Assembly: GCA_041661405.1 (NCBI GenBank)
Contig: JBAZUL010000010.1
Coordinates: forward strand, 1-63,866
Direction: 5' to 3'
Origin: Patescibacteria group bacterium
GTDB lineage: Bacteria > Patescibacteriota > Patescibacteriia > Patescibacteriales > JBAZCA01
DNA length: 63,866 bases
Positions 17,845 to 28,476 of the stretch are shown piece after piece (within the stretch, counting starts at the first letter, position 1; each line of letters begins with the position of its first letter). Made by a program: the position numbers and the translations under genes. Below the pieces are notes generated by a model. It was not told the origin of the DNA, did not search any database, and worked only from the letters and a program-made list of their open reading frames with translations.

Positions 17845-19116
17845 TTAATACCCCTCATACTCCCGCATGGTGAGTTGGGATTCTATCTGCTTCATGGTTT
17901 CAATAACGACCGAAACGACGATTAAGAGGCTGGTTCCGCCGACCGATAAGGCCTGGATGCCGGTAAAATAGCGCATAATAAGCGGCAGAACGGCGATAAC
18001 GCCGAGGAACAAAGCGCCGACAAAAATAATCCGGTGCGTCGTGGCGGCCAGATACTCGGAAGTTTGCGTTCCCGGCCGGATGCCCGGAATGAATCCGCCC
18101 TGCTTTTGCAAATTTTCGGCGATTTTATCGGGATGGAAAATAACTTCAGTATAAAAATAAGTGAAGGCGAAAACCAGGATAAAATAAGCGATGCCGTAGA
18201 AGAGCTGGTTCTGGAAAAGATTTATGACAGAATGCGCGCCGTTAGCGAGCCACTCACTTTTTGCCTGGGTAAAAAACTGCGCTATCATAGACGGGAATAA
18301 AATAATGGAAATCGCGAAGATAATCGGGATAACGCCGGCCATATTAACCCGGAGCGGAAGATGGGTTGAAGTCCCGCCGTAAACCCGGCTGCCGCGGATC
18401 TGCCGCGCGTACTGAACCGGAACATTCCGCTGGCCTTCGGTTATAATAACCACGCCGACAATCGTAACGAGGGCGACGGCGATGAATCCGATAATGGTAA
18501 ATAGCTGCGACGGATCGTAAGTGGCGGCCACTTGCTGGATCGTCTGCGGCAGGCTGGAAACGATGCCAGCAAAAATCAAAAGTGAAATCCCGTTGCCGAC
18601 TTTTTTCTCGTTTATGAGCTCGCCGAGCCACATCAAAAATACCGTGCCGGCGGTTATGGTTATAATCATGCTTAATAGCTGAAGGCTGCTAATATTTCCC
18701 AGTATCTGAAAAGATGAGCGCCGCAAAAGGGTGATCATTGAATAGGACTGAAGCATGGCGAGCGGCACGGTCGCCCACCGGGTCCACATCTGGATTTTCT
18801 GGCGCCCCGACTCTTCCTTGTTCATTTCTTCCATCTGCGGGATAATCATAGCGAGGAGCTGAAAGACGATGGACGAAGTGATGTAAGGGCCGACGCCCAT
18901 CATGACTATGGAAAAATTTTCCATACTGCCGCCGGAAAATATGTTTAAAAGCCCAAGAATCTGATTGGACTGGAAAAATCCCCTTAAAGCCGAAACGTCA
19001 ACTCCGGGAATCGGGATATGGGCGGCCAGCCGGAAAATCGCCAGCATGCCCAAAACAAAAAGGATGTTATTCCTTAAATCCCTGGCTTTCCAAATTTGAG
19101 TGATCTTCTGAACCAT
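17845..19116 (-). CDS. secY: Preprotein translocase subunit SecY
   Basis: SIVMMGVGPYITSSIV, GNGISLLIF, GGFIPGIRPG, GGTSLLIVVSV. Confidence 0.98.
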   Translation of the reverse strand: MVQKITQIWKARDLRNNILFVLGMLAIFRLAAHIPIPGVDVSALRGFFQSNQILGLLNIFSGGSMENFSIVMMGVGPYITSSIVFQLLAMIIPQMEEMNKEESGRQKIQMWTRWATVPLAMLQSYSMITLLRRSSFQILGNISSLQLLSMIITITAGTVFLMWLGELINEKKVGNGISLLIFAGIVSSLPQTIQQVAATYDPSQLFTIIGFIAVALVTIVGVVIITEGQRNVPVQYARQIRGSRVYGGTSTHLPLRVNMAGVIPIIFAISIILFPSMIAQFFTQAKSEWLANGAHSVINLFQNQLFYGIAYFILVFAFTYFYTEVIFHPDKIAENLQKQGGFIPGIRPGTQTSEYLAATTHRIIFVGALFLGVIAVLPLIMRYFTGIQALSVGGTSLLIVVSVVIETMKQIESQLTMREYEGY

Positions 19117-19146
19117 AACTTTACGGGGCGGCTGCCCGGATAACGG

Positions 19147-19572
19147 TTACTTTTTCTCTCCGATAAGCTCATTAGCTCGTCCGCTCATTTTTACGTCCGC
19201 GAAAGACGCGCTTTTTAATTTCAGCCTTTCGTCGCCTAAAATCTTCACCGGTAAAGCGGCGCTTGAGATTAGCCCGGCCCTGAAAAGAGCGCGCGGAGTT
19301 ATTTTAACGCCATCTTTAAAAACCCGATTTATTACCGAAATATTTACAACCTGATTTTCCGGTTTGAACGATTTAAAACCCCGTGATTTAGGCGTGGCAA
19401 GAAGCATCTGTCTCAGCCCGAGCCTTTTTAATCCGCTCGCGCCGCTTCTTGATTTCTGCCCTTTGATCCCCCGGCAGGAGTAAGTACCGTGGCCCGAAGC
19501 GTTTCCCCGACCGACTCTTTTCCGGTTTTTTACGGCTTTGCTCTTATTAATTGTGTTTAAAGATAACGGCAT
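19147..19572 (-). CDS. rplO: 50S ribosomal protein uL15
   Basis: RVGRGNASGHGTYSCRGIKGQKSR. Confidence 0.95.
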   Translation of the reverse strand: MPLSLNTINKSKAVKNRKRVGRGNASGHGTYSCRGIKGQKSRSGASGLKRLGLRQMLLATPKSRGFKSFKPENQVVNISVINRVFKDGVKITPRALFRAGLISSAALPVKILGDERLKLKSASFADVKMSGRANELIGEKK

Positions 19573-19573
19573 A

Positions 19574-20293
19574 TTAGGTCTGTTTTATTTCCTTGGCTCC
19601 GGCTTTTTCCCGCGGGGCGTGGAGCGAATTCAAAGCTTCAATCGTACATTTTACGTTATTGACTTTATTATTGGTGCCTAAAATTTTACTGACAATATTT
19701 TTTATTCCGGCGAGCTCAATAACTGCCCGAACCGCTCCGCCGGCGATTACTCCCCGCCCTTCGGGAGCCGGTTTGAATAAAAGTTTAGCGGCTCCGAATT
19801 TATGACGGACTTCATGCGGTATGGTATCATTAACGATACGCACTTTGATCAAATTCTTCTTGGCTTTATTTACCGCCTTGGTAACGGCGCCGGAAACGTC
19901 GGCGCCTTTAGCGATGCCGACTCCGACTTTGCCTTTTTTATCGCCAATAGCCACGCAGGCCCGAAAACGCATTCTCTTTCCTCCGGCCATAACTCTCGTT
20001 ACTCGGGCGATATCAATAATTTTCTGGTCAAACTCATCTCTTGACTCTTCCCCCCGCCCGCCTTTGCGTCCGCCCGGACGTCCGCCGGTTCTTCCGCCTC
20101 TTTTATCGCGAAAACGGTCGCCGCCTCTTCCGGCGGGTCTGGCTGGAGCGGATGCCATCCCGGCAAAAGCCGCTACTGATTCAGCTTTTTTAACAGGCAT
20201 CGGAACGGCCGCGTCCTGAACCGGAGCCGCGGCTTTAATATCGGCTTGCCCGGCTTTTTCTTCTATTGGATTGTCTTTCTTTTCGTTTTCCAT
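19574..20293 (-). CDS. rpsE: 30S ribosomal protein uS5 with a long N-terminal extension
   Basis: IARVTRVMAGGKRMRF, GRGVIAGGAVRAV; no rpmD between rpsE and rplO. Confidence 0.96.
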   Translation of the reverse strand: MENEKKDNPIEEKAGQADIKAAAPVQDAAVPMPVKKAESVAAFAGMASAPARPAGRGGDRFRDKRGGRTGGRPGGRKGGRGEESRDEFDQKIIDIARVTRVMAGGKRMRFRACVAIGDKKGKVGVGIAKGADVSGAVTKAVNKAKKNLIKVRIVNDTIPHEVRHKFGAAKLLFKPAPEGRGVIAGGAVRAVIELAGIKNIVSKILGTNNKVNNVKCTIEALNSLHAPREKAGAKEIKQT

Positions 20294-20337
20294 AAAGTAT
20301 AAATCAAAAATCGCAAATCAATCCCGAGTACTCGGGA

Positions 20338-20718
20338 CTAAAATATTAATCCGCCTTCTTTGGCTCCGTCGGCCGCCGCTTTTACCCGGCCGTGAAATTT
20401 ATAGCCGCCCCGATCAAAAACGATTCCCTTAATCCCTTTTTCCGCGGCTTTTTCCGCGAGTATTTTTCCCAGCTCAAAACTGATTAAGGATTTCTTGCCT
20501 TTAGCGTCTTTTAATTCTCCGGTTCTGGCGCTCGCGAGAGTCTTTCCGGAAATATCGTCAATCAATTGTAAATACATTCCCTTATTGGACTTAAAAACCG
20601 AAAGTCTCGGGCGCATGGCAGTACCGCTCAATTTAGCCCGGATTTTTTTTCGTCTTCGGTCTCTTTTTAATAGTTTGGAATTATTATTACTCATAATTTT
20701 ATTCTTCGTCGCGTCCAT
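20338..20718 (-). CDS. rplR: 50S ribosomal protein uL18 (start possibly 20694)
   Basis: [25 protein letters not shown]. Confidence 0.96.
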   Translation of the reverse strand: MDATKNKIMSNNNSKLLKRDRRRKKIRAKLSGTAMRPRLSVFKSNKGMYLQLIDDISGKTLASARTGELKDAKGKKSLISFELGKILAEKAAEKGIKGIVFDRGGYKFHGRVKAAADGAKEGGLIF

Positions 20719-20750
20719 GCCGCGTTTCTCGGCATTTTAAATTCTAGATT

Positions 20751-21290
20751 CTATTTCGCCGCGGTTTTGCCGGCTTTTCTCCTCACTGTTTCATCCGAAT
20801 ATTTAATACCTTTGCCTTTGTAGGGTTCAGGCGGCCTCACTTTTCTTATCCGGGCCGCGACCTCTCCGACCAGGTATTTACTAATTCCGTTTAATGTTAT
20901 GACGTTGCCTTCAACTTTGGCCGTTATTCCTTCGGGAAGCTGGAAGTTAACCGGATGGGAATAGCCGGCGTTTAGAACCAATTTATTGCTGGAAACCGTA
21001 GCGCGGTAGCCGACGCCGGAAATTTCTAGTTTTTTCTCAAAGCCCTTATTTACTCCGACCACCATATTATTCAAAATACCGCGAAACATCCCCCAAAGAG
21101 AACGCTCGGTTTTATCCTCCGGATTTTTGACACTCACTTTTATTTCTTTTTCGCCCAATTCCAGGAAAATCCGGTCAATGGTTTTTTCCTTCAGCTCTCC
21201 TTTGGGTCCTTTAACCATAATTAAGCCGCCCTCAATTTTAATTTGGGTTCCCGCCGGTATTTCAATTGGCAATTTTCCTAATCTGGACAT
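20751..21290 (-). CDS. rplF: 50S ribosomal protein uL6
   Basis: MSRLGKLP, RPPEPYKGKGI. Confidence 0.97.
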   Translation of the reverse strand: MSRLGKLPIEIPAGTQIKIEGGLIMVKGPKGELKEKTIDRIFLELGEKEIKVSVKNPEDKTERSLWGMFRGILNNMVVGVNKGFEKKLEISGVGYRATVSSNKLVLNAGYSHPVNFQLPEGITAKVEGNVITLNGISKYLVGEVAARIRKVRPPEPYKGKGIKYSDETVRRKAGKTAAK

Positions 21291-21423
21291 AATTATGATT
21301 ATTATACTTTCATTGAATTAAAATTCAATGGCCGTAGAGCTTTGCTCGCTATTGAATTTTAATTTAATACATTATATTTTTTGAAAGCCTTGAAAACTTT
21401 TTCTGAAAAAGTTTTCAAAATAT

Positions 21424-21831
21424 TTAATATATTTCGCAAATCACTTCTCCGCCAAGGCCCTTCTTTTTCGCTTCTAAGTTAGTCATAAGGCCGTCAGGGG
21501 TGGAAATAATCGCTATCCCAAGATTATTTAAAACTCTCGGTAATTCGCTTTTCTTGACGTAAATCCGAAGTCCTGGCCGGGAAATTCTCTTAATGGAACT
21601 AATGGTCGGTTTTCCGTCTTTATATTTTAGCAAAATCCTTAGTTCCTTGAATTTTGATTTTTCTTTTCCAGTCCGGTTTTCCACTTCTTCAGCCTTTTCA
21701 ATCCATCCGTCGCCCTCAAGGATTTTAGCAATCTTCAATTTCATTTTGCTCATAGGCAAAATCACCTCAACCTTGCGGACGGCTTGCGCGTTCCTTATCC
21801 TGGTAAGCATGTCGGCGATTGGATCTGTCAT
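21424..21831 (-). CDS. rpsH: 30S ribosomal protein uS8
   Basis: [32 protein letters not shown]. Confidence 0.97.
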   Translation of the reverse strand: MTDPIADMLTRIRNAQAVRKVEVILPMSKMKLKIAKILEGDGWIEKAEEVENRTGKEKSKFKELRILLKYKDGKPTISSIKRISRPGLRIYVKKSELPRVLNNLGIAIISTPDGLMTNLEAKKKGLGGEVICEIY

Positions 21832-21877
21832 AATTTACTAATTACTTATTCTTAAATGTATTTTTTGTTTTTAAAAA

Positions 21878-22063
21878 TTACCATGACGACTTTCTCACTC
21901 CGGGAATACTGCCTTGAGTCGCTAATTCCCTAAAACAAATCCGGCAAAGATTGAAATCCCTCATATATCCCCGGTTTCTCCCGCAACGCCAACAACGGTT
22001 CACTTTGCGGGTGGTGAATTTCGGATTCTTTTTTGATTTTGCGATCATCGCGGTTCTTGCCAT
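21878..22063 (-). CDS. rpsN: 30S ribosomal protein uS14, Zn-binding (type Z)
   Basis: RCWRCGR...LCRICFRE. Confidence 0.96.
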   Translation of the reverse strand: MARTAMIAKSKKNPKFTTRKVNRCWRCGRNRGYMRDFNLCRICFRELATQGSIPGVRKSSW

Positions 22064-22130
22064 ATATAGCGTTTAGCGTATAACGTTTAACAAATAGACA
22101 CAGTTTATAATTTTAACTATATCCTAAACC

Positions 22131-22670
22131 CTACACGCTCTTAAAGGGAAACCCCATTAATTTTAACAATTCTAAACCTTCTTCCCTGGTCTTGGCGGTC
22201 GTGGCTACGCACACTTCCAGCCCGTGGATATTATCAGCTTCGTCAGTGCGGATCTCCGGGAAAACTACGTGTTCGCGGAAGCCGACGGAAAGATTTCCCG
22301 TCCGGTCAACCTGGCTTTGGCTTATCCCTCTGAAATCCCGGACGCGGGGAAAAGATATGTTAACCAGCTTTTCCAAAAAATCATACATCCGCCGACCGCG
22401 AAGAGTAGTCATCACCCCCACAATCATCCCCTGCCTGACTTTAAAAGTTGCAATGGATTTTTTGGCTTTGGTCTCTACCGGTTTCTGTCCGGCGATTTTC
22501 GCCACGCTCTTTATCACTTCGTCAATATAGGCCTTTTCTTTGGCGTTTCTTCCCACGCCGACGTTAATCGTCACCTTCGTAACCCGGGGCGTTTGCATTT
22601 CATTCTTATAGCCGAACTTCGCTTTCATCTTCGGTAATATTTCTTTTTTGTATTTTTCTTGTAATCTCAT
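22131..22670 (-). CDS. rplE: 50S ribosomal protein uL5
   Basis: MRLQEKY, TLRG, LVNISFPRVRDFRG; start moved to MRLQ. Confidence 0.96.
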   Translation of the reverse strand: MRLQEKYKKEILPKMKAKFGYKNEMQTPRVTKVTINVGVGRNAKEKAYIDEVIKSVAKIAGQKPVETKAKKSIATFKVRQGMIVGVMTTLRGRRMYDFLEKLVNISFPRVRDFRGISQSQVDRTGNLSVGFREHVVFPEIRTDEADNIHGLEVCVATTAKTREEGLELLKLMGFPFKSV

Positions 22671-22748
22671 AATATATTCAATTTCCAATTATCAATTATC
22701 AATTTATTTTTTCGGGTCAATTCGTAATTCGTAATTGATAATTGAAAA

Positions 22749-23072
22749 TTAGTCTATCACTGCTTGGCATTTTTTGCATATCCTGAATTTATTTTTTTTA
22801 CCGTCCGGCAATACGGATATTTTATGGCCGGTCCGGGCCGGTTTGCCGCATTTAGGGCAGACGACCATCAGATTGGAAACGTTGAGCGGAGCCGGGAATT
22901 CAATTCTTTGGCCGGTTTCTCCCTGCTTCCTCGGGCGTAAATGTTTAATAAGCAGGTTAACGCCTTCCACGCTCGCGCGTTCCCGAACCGGAAAAACCTG
23001 CAAAACCTTTCCGGTCTTGCCTTTGTCTTTTCCCGCTAATATTTTAACTTTGTCGCCTTTCTTAATATTCAT
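22749..23072 (-). CDS. rplX: 50S ribosomal protein uL24
   Basis: IKKGDKVKILAGKDKGKTG; also carries CPKC and CKKC. Confidence 0.96.
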   Translation of the reverse strand: MNIKKGDKVKILAGKDKGKTGKVLQVFPVRERASVEGVNLLIKHLRPRKQGETGQRIEFPAPLNVSNLMVVCPKCGKPARTGHKISVLPDGKKNKFRICKKCQAVID

Positions 23073-23086
23073 AATAATACTTCAAA

Positions 23087-23458
23087 TTACAAAACCTCAG
23101 GAGCCAAACTCGCGATCTTAACGTATCCGGCTTTTCTTATTTCTCTCGCTACCGGGCCGAAAACGCGGGTGCCTTTAGGCTCTTTTTTCGCTTTGTCAAT
23201 TACAACGCAGGCATTCTCGCCGAACCGGAGGTAGCTTCCGTCTTTTCTCCGGATCTCCTTTTTCGTCCGGACAATAACGCAGTGGACAACATCCCCTTTC
23301 TTTATCGGGGCGTGCGGAGCGGCTTCCTTTACGGCGGCGGTAATCATATCGCCGACTCCGGCGTAGCGCCGTTTATAACCGGCGAGCACGCGGATACACA
23401 TAACGGTTTTCGCTCCCGTATTATCCGCTACTTTAATTTTTGACTGCACTTGTATCAT
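23087..23458 (-). CDS. rplN: 50S ribosomal protein uL14
   Basis: [26 protein letters not shown]. Confidence 0.97.
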   Translation of the reverse strand: MIQVQSKIKVADNTGAKTVMCIRVLAGYKRRYAGVGDMITAAVKEAAPHAPIKKGDVVHCVIVRTKKEIRRKDGSYLRFGENACVVIDKAKKEPKGTRVFGPVAREIRKAGYVKIASLAPEVL

Positions 23459-23564
23459 AGCTTATTCAATCTTCAATCTTCAATTATCAATTTTCAATCA
23501 ATTTTTTTCATTAATTTATCCTATGTATTAAAAAATTGTAGATTGAAAATTGTAGATTGAAAAT

Positions 23565-23819
23565 TTAATAAATCACTTTCCATCTCTTGTCTTTTGACAA
23601 CGGCCGACATTCAATAAAATTAACCCGGTCGCCTTCTTTGAACTGGTTTTTCGCGTCATGAACCTTATACCTTTCGGATACGACGTATCTTTTCTTATAG
23701 CGCGGGTGGACGCGGGTCCGGTCAATCCTGACGACAATGGTCTTATCCATCTTGTCGGACACGACTACTCCGCTGAATTTTCTGATCTTTCTTTCTTTTT
23801 TTAAACTATCGTTATTCAT
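23565..23819 (-). CDS. rpsQ: 30S ribosomal protein uS17
   Basis: [25 protein letters not shown]. Confidence 0.96.
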   Translation of the reverse strand: MNNDSLKKERKIRKFSGVVVSDKMDKTIVVRIDRTRVHPRYKKRYVVSERYKVHDAKNQFKEGDRVNFIECRPLSKDKRWKVIY

Positions 23820-23827
23820 ACAAATAA

Positions 23828-24013
23828 TTATTTATTACTGTTCAAAACTGTCATTATTCTCGCGATATCCTGACGGAGCGTCCTAATATCCCGGACGTTC
23901 TTCAATTGTTTTGAAGCGTCCCTGAACCTTAAATCCCTTAGTTTATCGCGAAAATCACCAAGCAGTTTATTAAGTTCGCTTTGGCTTTTAGTTTTTAATT
24001 CTTTCATTTCCAT
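23828..24013 (-). CDS. rpmC: 50S ribosomal protein uL29
   Basis: MEMKELK...LRDLRF...QLKN...[11 protein letters not shown]; start moved to 24013. Confidence 0.93.
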   Translation of the reverse strand: MEMKELKTKSQSELNKLLGDFRDKLRDLRFRDASKQLKNVRDIRTLRQDIARIMTVLNSNK

Positions 24014-24057
24014 AAACGTATTTTCATTCACCGCCCGCGATCGGGCAAATTTGTATC

Positions 24058-24462
24058 TTACTTCGTTACGAACTTGCATTTAACCGGCAACTTATACGCG
24101 GCCATTTCCAGGGCTTCCTGAGCCTGGCTTCCTGTTACGCCTTCCATTTCAAACATAACCATGCCGGGCTTTATTACGGCGACGTAATGGTCAACTCCGC
24201 CTTTGCCTTTGCCCATAGGCATTTCCCCGCCTTTGGCCGTAACTGGCTTATCGGGAAAAATCCGGATCCATATTTTTCCGCCTTTTTTCGTATAACGGGT
24301 AATTACTCTCCGGGCGGCTTCAATCTGTTTTGAGGAAACCCAGCAGTTTTCCAGACTTTTCAAACCGTAGCTTCCATAACTAACATTAGTAAGCCTCGTA
24401 GCAATGCCTCCCCGCTTGCCTTTCATCATTTTCCTGAATTTTGTTCTTTTTGGCATTAACAT
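24058..24462 (-). CDS. rplP: 50S ribosomal protein uL16
   Basis: [26 protein letters not shown]. Confidence 0.97.
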   Translation of the reverse strand: MLMPKRTKFRKMMKGKRGGIATRLTNVSYGSYGLKSLENCWVSSKQIEAARRVITRYTKKGGKIWIRIFPDKPVTAKGGEMPMGKGKGGVDHYVAVIKPGMVMFEMEGVTGSQAQEALEMAAYKLPVKCKFVTK

Positions 24463-24463
24463 A

Positions 24464-25153
24464 TTATTTTCTTCTCCCTACTACTTCCCCTTTTTCACTG
24501 CTTCCTTTGGCGAAAACTTCGCCCCTGTAAATCCAAACTTTAATTCCGATCGCCCCATAGGTGGTGAAAGCGGTGCCTCTGGAGTAATTGATGTCGGCCC
24601 GAAGCGTGTGGAGCGGAATACTGCCCGAGGACAATTTTTCCTCACGGGCGATTTCGGCTCCATTAAGCCTCCCTTTAACCAATATTTTAACCCCAAGGCT
24701 TCCGGCTCTTTCCACCCGCTGCATAGCCTGCTTCATCACTCTCCGAAAAAGGACTCTCTTTTCAAGATCAGCCGCGATCTGCTGGACTATAATATTGGCG
24801 GACAGACTCGGGCGATCAGCTTCAAAAACATTTATATTTATATCGCCCGGGCGGTAATGGCATAAAAATTCCTTATGGACCCGCTTTTTCAAATCTTCAA
24901 CTCCTTTTCCGCTTCGGCCGATTAAAATTCCCGGTTTGGCGGTATAGATATTAATAACAACTTTATTGGCGCTCCTTTCAATCTCCACCTTATCAATTCC
25001 CGCCTCCCGGAACTCCCAGTTTAAAAATTTCCTCGTTTTCACGTCTTCTTCAAGATTCCTGATAAATTGTTTTTTGTCATCGCTAAACCATCGGGATGGC
25101 CAACCCTTGATTACTCCTACTCTCATCGCGTTTGGATTTACTTTCTGTCCCAT
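24464..25153 (-). CDS. rpsC: 30S ribosomal protein uS3
   Basis: [26 protein letters not shown]; start moved to MGQK. Confidence 0.97.
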   Translation of the reverse strand: MGQKVNPNAMRVGVIKGWPSRWFSDDKKQFIRNLEEDVKTRKFLNWEFREAGIDKVEIERSANKVVINIYTAKPGILIGRSGKGVEDLKKRVHKEFLCHYRPGDININVFEADRPSLSANIIVQQIAADLEKRVLFRRVMKQAMQRVERAGSLGVKILVKGRLNGAEIAREEKLSSGSIPLHTLRADINYSRGTAFTTYGAIGIKVWIYRGEVFAKGSSEKGEVVGRRK

Positions 25154-25239
25154 GTTATTAGTATAAAGTAATATAGTTATAAAGTTAAAAGTGATCAAAT
25201 TTACTTTTTACTTTATGAACTTTCAACTTTCAACTTAAT

Positions 25240-25848
25240 TTATCCGCTTTTTCTTCTGAACACTTTTCCGATAAAGCCTTTTTCCGAAGCGCCTTCAATC
25301 TTTACGTGCTTGCCCTTTCCTTCGCCTCTCGGGTCAACAATTTTTTTTCCTTTGTCTTCGGGTAATTTGCCGGCGGCCGGAATCTTCTGGTCTTCCTTTT
25401 TCTTCTTTATTTTAATGCCCTCGTCTTCTTTGGGCAAGGTTCCTGATTTTGAGATATCGCCGAGCTTTATCGGCGCTTCCACTGCTTTCTTTTTCGGCGT
25501 CTTCTTTCCGCTTTCAACAATTTCGGCCAACACTAAGGTTATATGACTGGTTCTTTTCCGGATCGGCGTGGCCCGGCCGTGGGCTTTGGGCATCCAGCGC
25601 TTTAAAACCGCCCCTCCGTCAACGGTCGCTTTTTTTATAAATAAATTATTTTTGTCCAAGTCAAAATTATGGACCGAATTGGCAATAGCTGAACTAATAA
25701 GCTTCACCACCGGCTTCCGAGCTTCCTTGTTTATGAATTGAAGCTGGTTTAGGGCTTTATTCACTTCCATTCCGCGCACAACGTCAATTACCAGACGGAC
25801 TTTCCTCGGCGATATTTTTAAATTGTTCAAATTGGCTTTTACTTCCAT
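25240..25848 (-). CDS. rplV: 50S ribosomal protein uL22 with a long Lys-rich C-terminal extension
   Basis: ISPRKVRLV, RWMPKAHGRA, SHITLVL, then about 90 extra residues. Confidence 0.95.
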   Translation of the reverse strand: MEVKANLNNLKISPRKVRLVIDVVRGMEVNKALNQLQFINKEARKPVVKLISSAIANSVHNFDLDKNNLFIKKATVDGGAVLKRWMPKAHGRATPIRKRTSHITLVLAEIVESGKKTPKKKAVEAPIKLGDISKSGTLPKEDEGIKIKKKKEDQKIPAAGKLPEDKGKKIVDPRGEGKGKHVKIEGASEKGFIGKVFRRKSG

Positions 25849-25917
25849 GTATTTATTATAAAGTTGAAAGTTATAAAGTTAAAAGTGTTCTTAACTTTCC
25901 GCTTTATAACTTTCAAC

Positions 25918-26211
25918 TTATTTCGGGGCGGCCGCTTTAGCCTGATCTTTGGCGATTTTTCCTCCGTGGCTCACGAACTTTCTTGTCGGGGAAAACTCGC
26001 CCAGCCGGTGTCCGACCATGTTTTCGGTAATAAAAACGGGCACATGCTGTTTTCCATTATGCACCCCGATAGTAAATCCTACCATCTCAGGCGTAATAAC
26101 GCAACCCCTGTCCCATACCTTAATGACGGTCTTGTCGCCGGGTTTCAGGTTCATGACCTTCTTCAGTATTCTTGGGTTTACGTAGGGTCCTTTTTTTAAA
26201 CTTCTTGACAT
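25918..26211 (-). CDS. rpsS: 30S ribosomal protein uS19
   Basis: [22 protein letters not shown]. Confidence 0.97.
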   Translation of the reverse strand: MSRSLKKGPYVNPRILKKVMNLKPGDKTVIKVWDRGCVITPEMVGFTIGVHNGKQHVPVFITENMVGHRLGEFSPTRKFVSHGGKIAKDQAKAAAPK

Positions 26212-26305
26212 ATTTGCGAGTTTATAAAGTTTTTAAGCTAAAAGTTATTAAGTATTTTTATTCTACTCCGTAAACTTTATAACTTTCTGCTTTTAACTTT
26301 TTTTA

Positions 26306-27145
26306 TTATCTCTTTTTCCCTCTTCTTTTTATAATCAGTCTGCTTGAAGATTTTTTCTTATTTCTCGTCCTAACGCCAAGCGCCGGTTTACCCCAAGGGG
26401 TTTTCGGGTGCCGGAGGCCGATCGGCTGGTTGCCTTCTCCTCCTCCGTGCGGATGGTCAACCGGATTCATGGCCGTTCCCCGGACAGTCGGGCGGAATCC
26501 CAAATATCTTTTTCTTCCGGCTTTTCCGTAATTAATATTGTTATGCTCGGGATTAGAAACCTGGCCTACGGTTGAAAGGCATTCTTTTTTTACGAGCCGG
26601 ACTTCTTTTGACGGCAGGCGGAGCTGGGCGTATTTACCGAGGATTCCCATAATGGAAATGGCATTTCCCGCTCCCCGGGCCAATTTCGCGCCCTGTCCCG
26701 GCTGCAATTCAACGTTATGGACAAAAATTCCGGCCGGCATGTGTTCCAGAGGCATGGTATTGCCCGGCTTGATCGGGAGCTCTTTTTTTGAGCTCATTAC
26801 GGACGCTCCGACTTCCAGTCCGATGGGAGCGATAATATATCTTTTTTCCCCGTCAGCGTAATGGAGTAGAGCCAGCCGCGCTCCGCGGCTGGGATCGTAT
26901 TCAATCGCCGCCACCTTGGCCGGTATGTCAAACTTATTCCGCTTAAAATCAACAATCCGGATATAGCGCCGCGCTCCGCCTCCCCGATGGCGGACGGTGA
27001 TTTTTCCCTGTGAGTTGCGGCCGCTTTTCTGTTTCCTGAAAATAACGAGCCTTTTTTCCGGCTGGGTTTTGGTAATATCGGAAAAATCGTCATAAGTCAT
27101 CTGACGGCGTCCCGGGGTAGTTGGTTTTACTTTTTTTACTGCCAT
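26306..27145 (-). CDS. rplB: 50S ribosomal protein uL2
   Basis: [18 protein letters not shown]. Confidence 0.98.
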   Translation of the reverse strand: MAVKKVKPTTPGRRQMTYDDFSDITKTQPEKRLVIFRKQKSGRNSQGKITVRHRGGGARRYIRIVDFKRNKFDIPAKVAAIEYDPSRGARLALLHYADGEKRYIIAPIGLEVGASVMSSKKELPIKPGNTMPLEHMPAGIFVHNVELQPGQGAKLARGAGNAISIMGILGKYAQLRLPSKEVRLVKKECLSTVGQVSNPEHNNINYGKAGRKRYLGFRPTVRGTAMNPVDHPHGGGEGNQPIGLRHPKTPWGKPALGVRTRNKKKSSSRLIIKRRGKKR

Positions 27146-27239
27146 ATTTATTCAATTTCTCAATTACGAATTATCAATTACGAATTTTTTACCGTCAAAC
27201 TTTCAATTGGTAATTCGTAATTGCAAATTGACAATTGAT

Positions 27240-27731
27240 CTAAACTCCTTCGTAAACATTAATGCTCTTTCCGGCCGGCAGGGTAACAACGGCTTTTTTC
27301 CAGTCTTTTCTCACCCCTTTAATTTTGCCGTAACGGACTTTCTTACCTTTATTGTTAATAATGTTAACTTTTACCGGCTTAATTCCGTAAACCTCAAAAA
27401 TTGCTTTAGCGACTTCAATCCGGTTAGCGCCCAAGGAAACGGAAAAATTATACTTATTTAATGAACTCAATACCGAAGCTTTTTCCGTTACCAGCGGTTT
27501 TATTAAAACCTTGTAAGCGCTGCCGTAAACCTTCTTTTCTCCGGCTCCGGCTGAACCGGTTCCTTTAGTCTTTTTCGCGGCAGTCGGTTTAGCGGCGGTT
27601 CCGGAATACAAATCTTTCATGCTTTTCTTTTCATCCTGAACAGCTTTTTCTCCAGCCTTAACTCCGGCTGTTTTAGGAACAGCTTTTTTCGTCTCAACGC
27701 TTTCATCTTTTTTTCCGAATAATGCGGACAT
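27240..27731 (-). CDS. rplW: 50S ribosomal protein uL23 with a long N-terminal extension
   Basis: LIKPLVTEKA...KDWKKAVVTL; about 70-aa extension. Confidence 0.93.
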   Translation of the reverse strand: MSALFGKKDESVETKKAVPKTAGVKAGEKAVQDEKKSMKDLYSGTAAKPTAAKKTKGTGSAGAGEKKVYGSAYKVLIKPLVTEKASVLSSLNKYNFSVSLGANRIEVAKAIFEVYGIKPVKVNIINNKGKKVRYGKIKGVRKDWKKAVVTLPAGKSINVYEGV

Positions 27732-27764
27732 AAAACCTGAGTACTAAATTTATAATGTCTTATT

Positions 27765-28475
27765 TTATTTTTTGTCTTTTTTGTATCTTTCTTCCAGCCT
27801 TTCCGCCGCTCCGACCGTGAGCACCAGTTCCCGGTATTTTAACAAATCCATCAGATTAATGTTATCCAGGTTGATTATTTCCACGCCGGAAAGGTTTTTT
27901 CCCGAGCGGACGATTTTTTCGTCGCCTTTTTCCAGAATCATTAGAACGCTTCTTTTCTTGCCGACCAAGCCGACATTCGCGTCTTTATTTTCTTTCGCGG
28001 ATTTTTTTTCCGTTTTCTTGCCGGATTTCGTAATCTTATTTAAAATTTCTTCAAACTTTTTAGTTTTATATTCATCAATTTTTACGTTGTCCAATAAAAC
28101 CAGGCTGTCATTTTTTAACCGGTCGGAAATCGCTATCAAAATCGCCTTTTGGTTCATCTTCTTATTGATCTTTACTTTAAAATTCCTTTCCTTAAGCGGA
28201 CCAAAAACAACGCCGCCGCCAATCCATAAAGGCGAACGGATGGTTCCGGCGCGGGCTCTTCCCGTGCCTTTTTGTTTCCATGGCTTTCTGCCTCCGCCCC
28301 GGACGTTCGCGCGGGTTTTTGTATGGGCGAGAACTTTCCGCTTATTGGCCATGAGAGAAACAACTACCTGCCGGATTAATTCGTCGTTAGCAGGCACGGC
28401 GAAAATATGGTCATTTAAACTTTTTTCACCCACTGTTTCGCCCTGCTGATTGTATATTTTTACCTTGATTGGCAT
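27765..28475 (-). CDS. rplD: 50S ribosomal protein uL4
   Basis: HTKTRANVRGGGRKPWKQKGTGRARAG. Confidence 0.97.
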   Translation of the reverse strand: MPIKVKIYNQQGETVGEKSLNDHIFAVPANDELIRQVVVSLMANKRKVLAHTKTRANVRGGGRKPWKQKGTGRARAGTIRSPLWIGGGVVFGPLKERNFKVKINKKMNQKAILIAISDRLKNDSLVLLDNVKIDEYKTKKFEEILNKITKSGKKTEKKSAKENKDANVGLVGKKRSVLMILEKGDEKIVRSGKNLSGVEIINLDNINLMDLLKYRELVLTVGAAERLEERYKKDKK

Positions 28476-28476
28476 A

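Noticed and set aside
21310-21420. AT-rich palindromes between rpsH and rplF as operator sites
   Set aside because: They lie inside a continuous operon with no promoter found; more simply part of the intergenic hairpin population.
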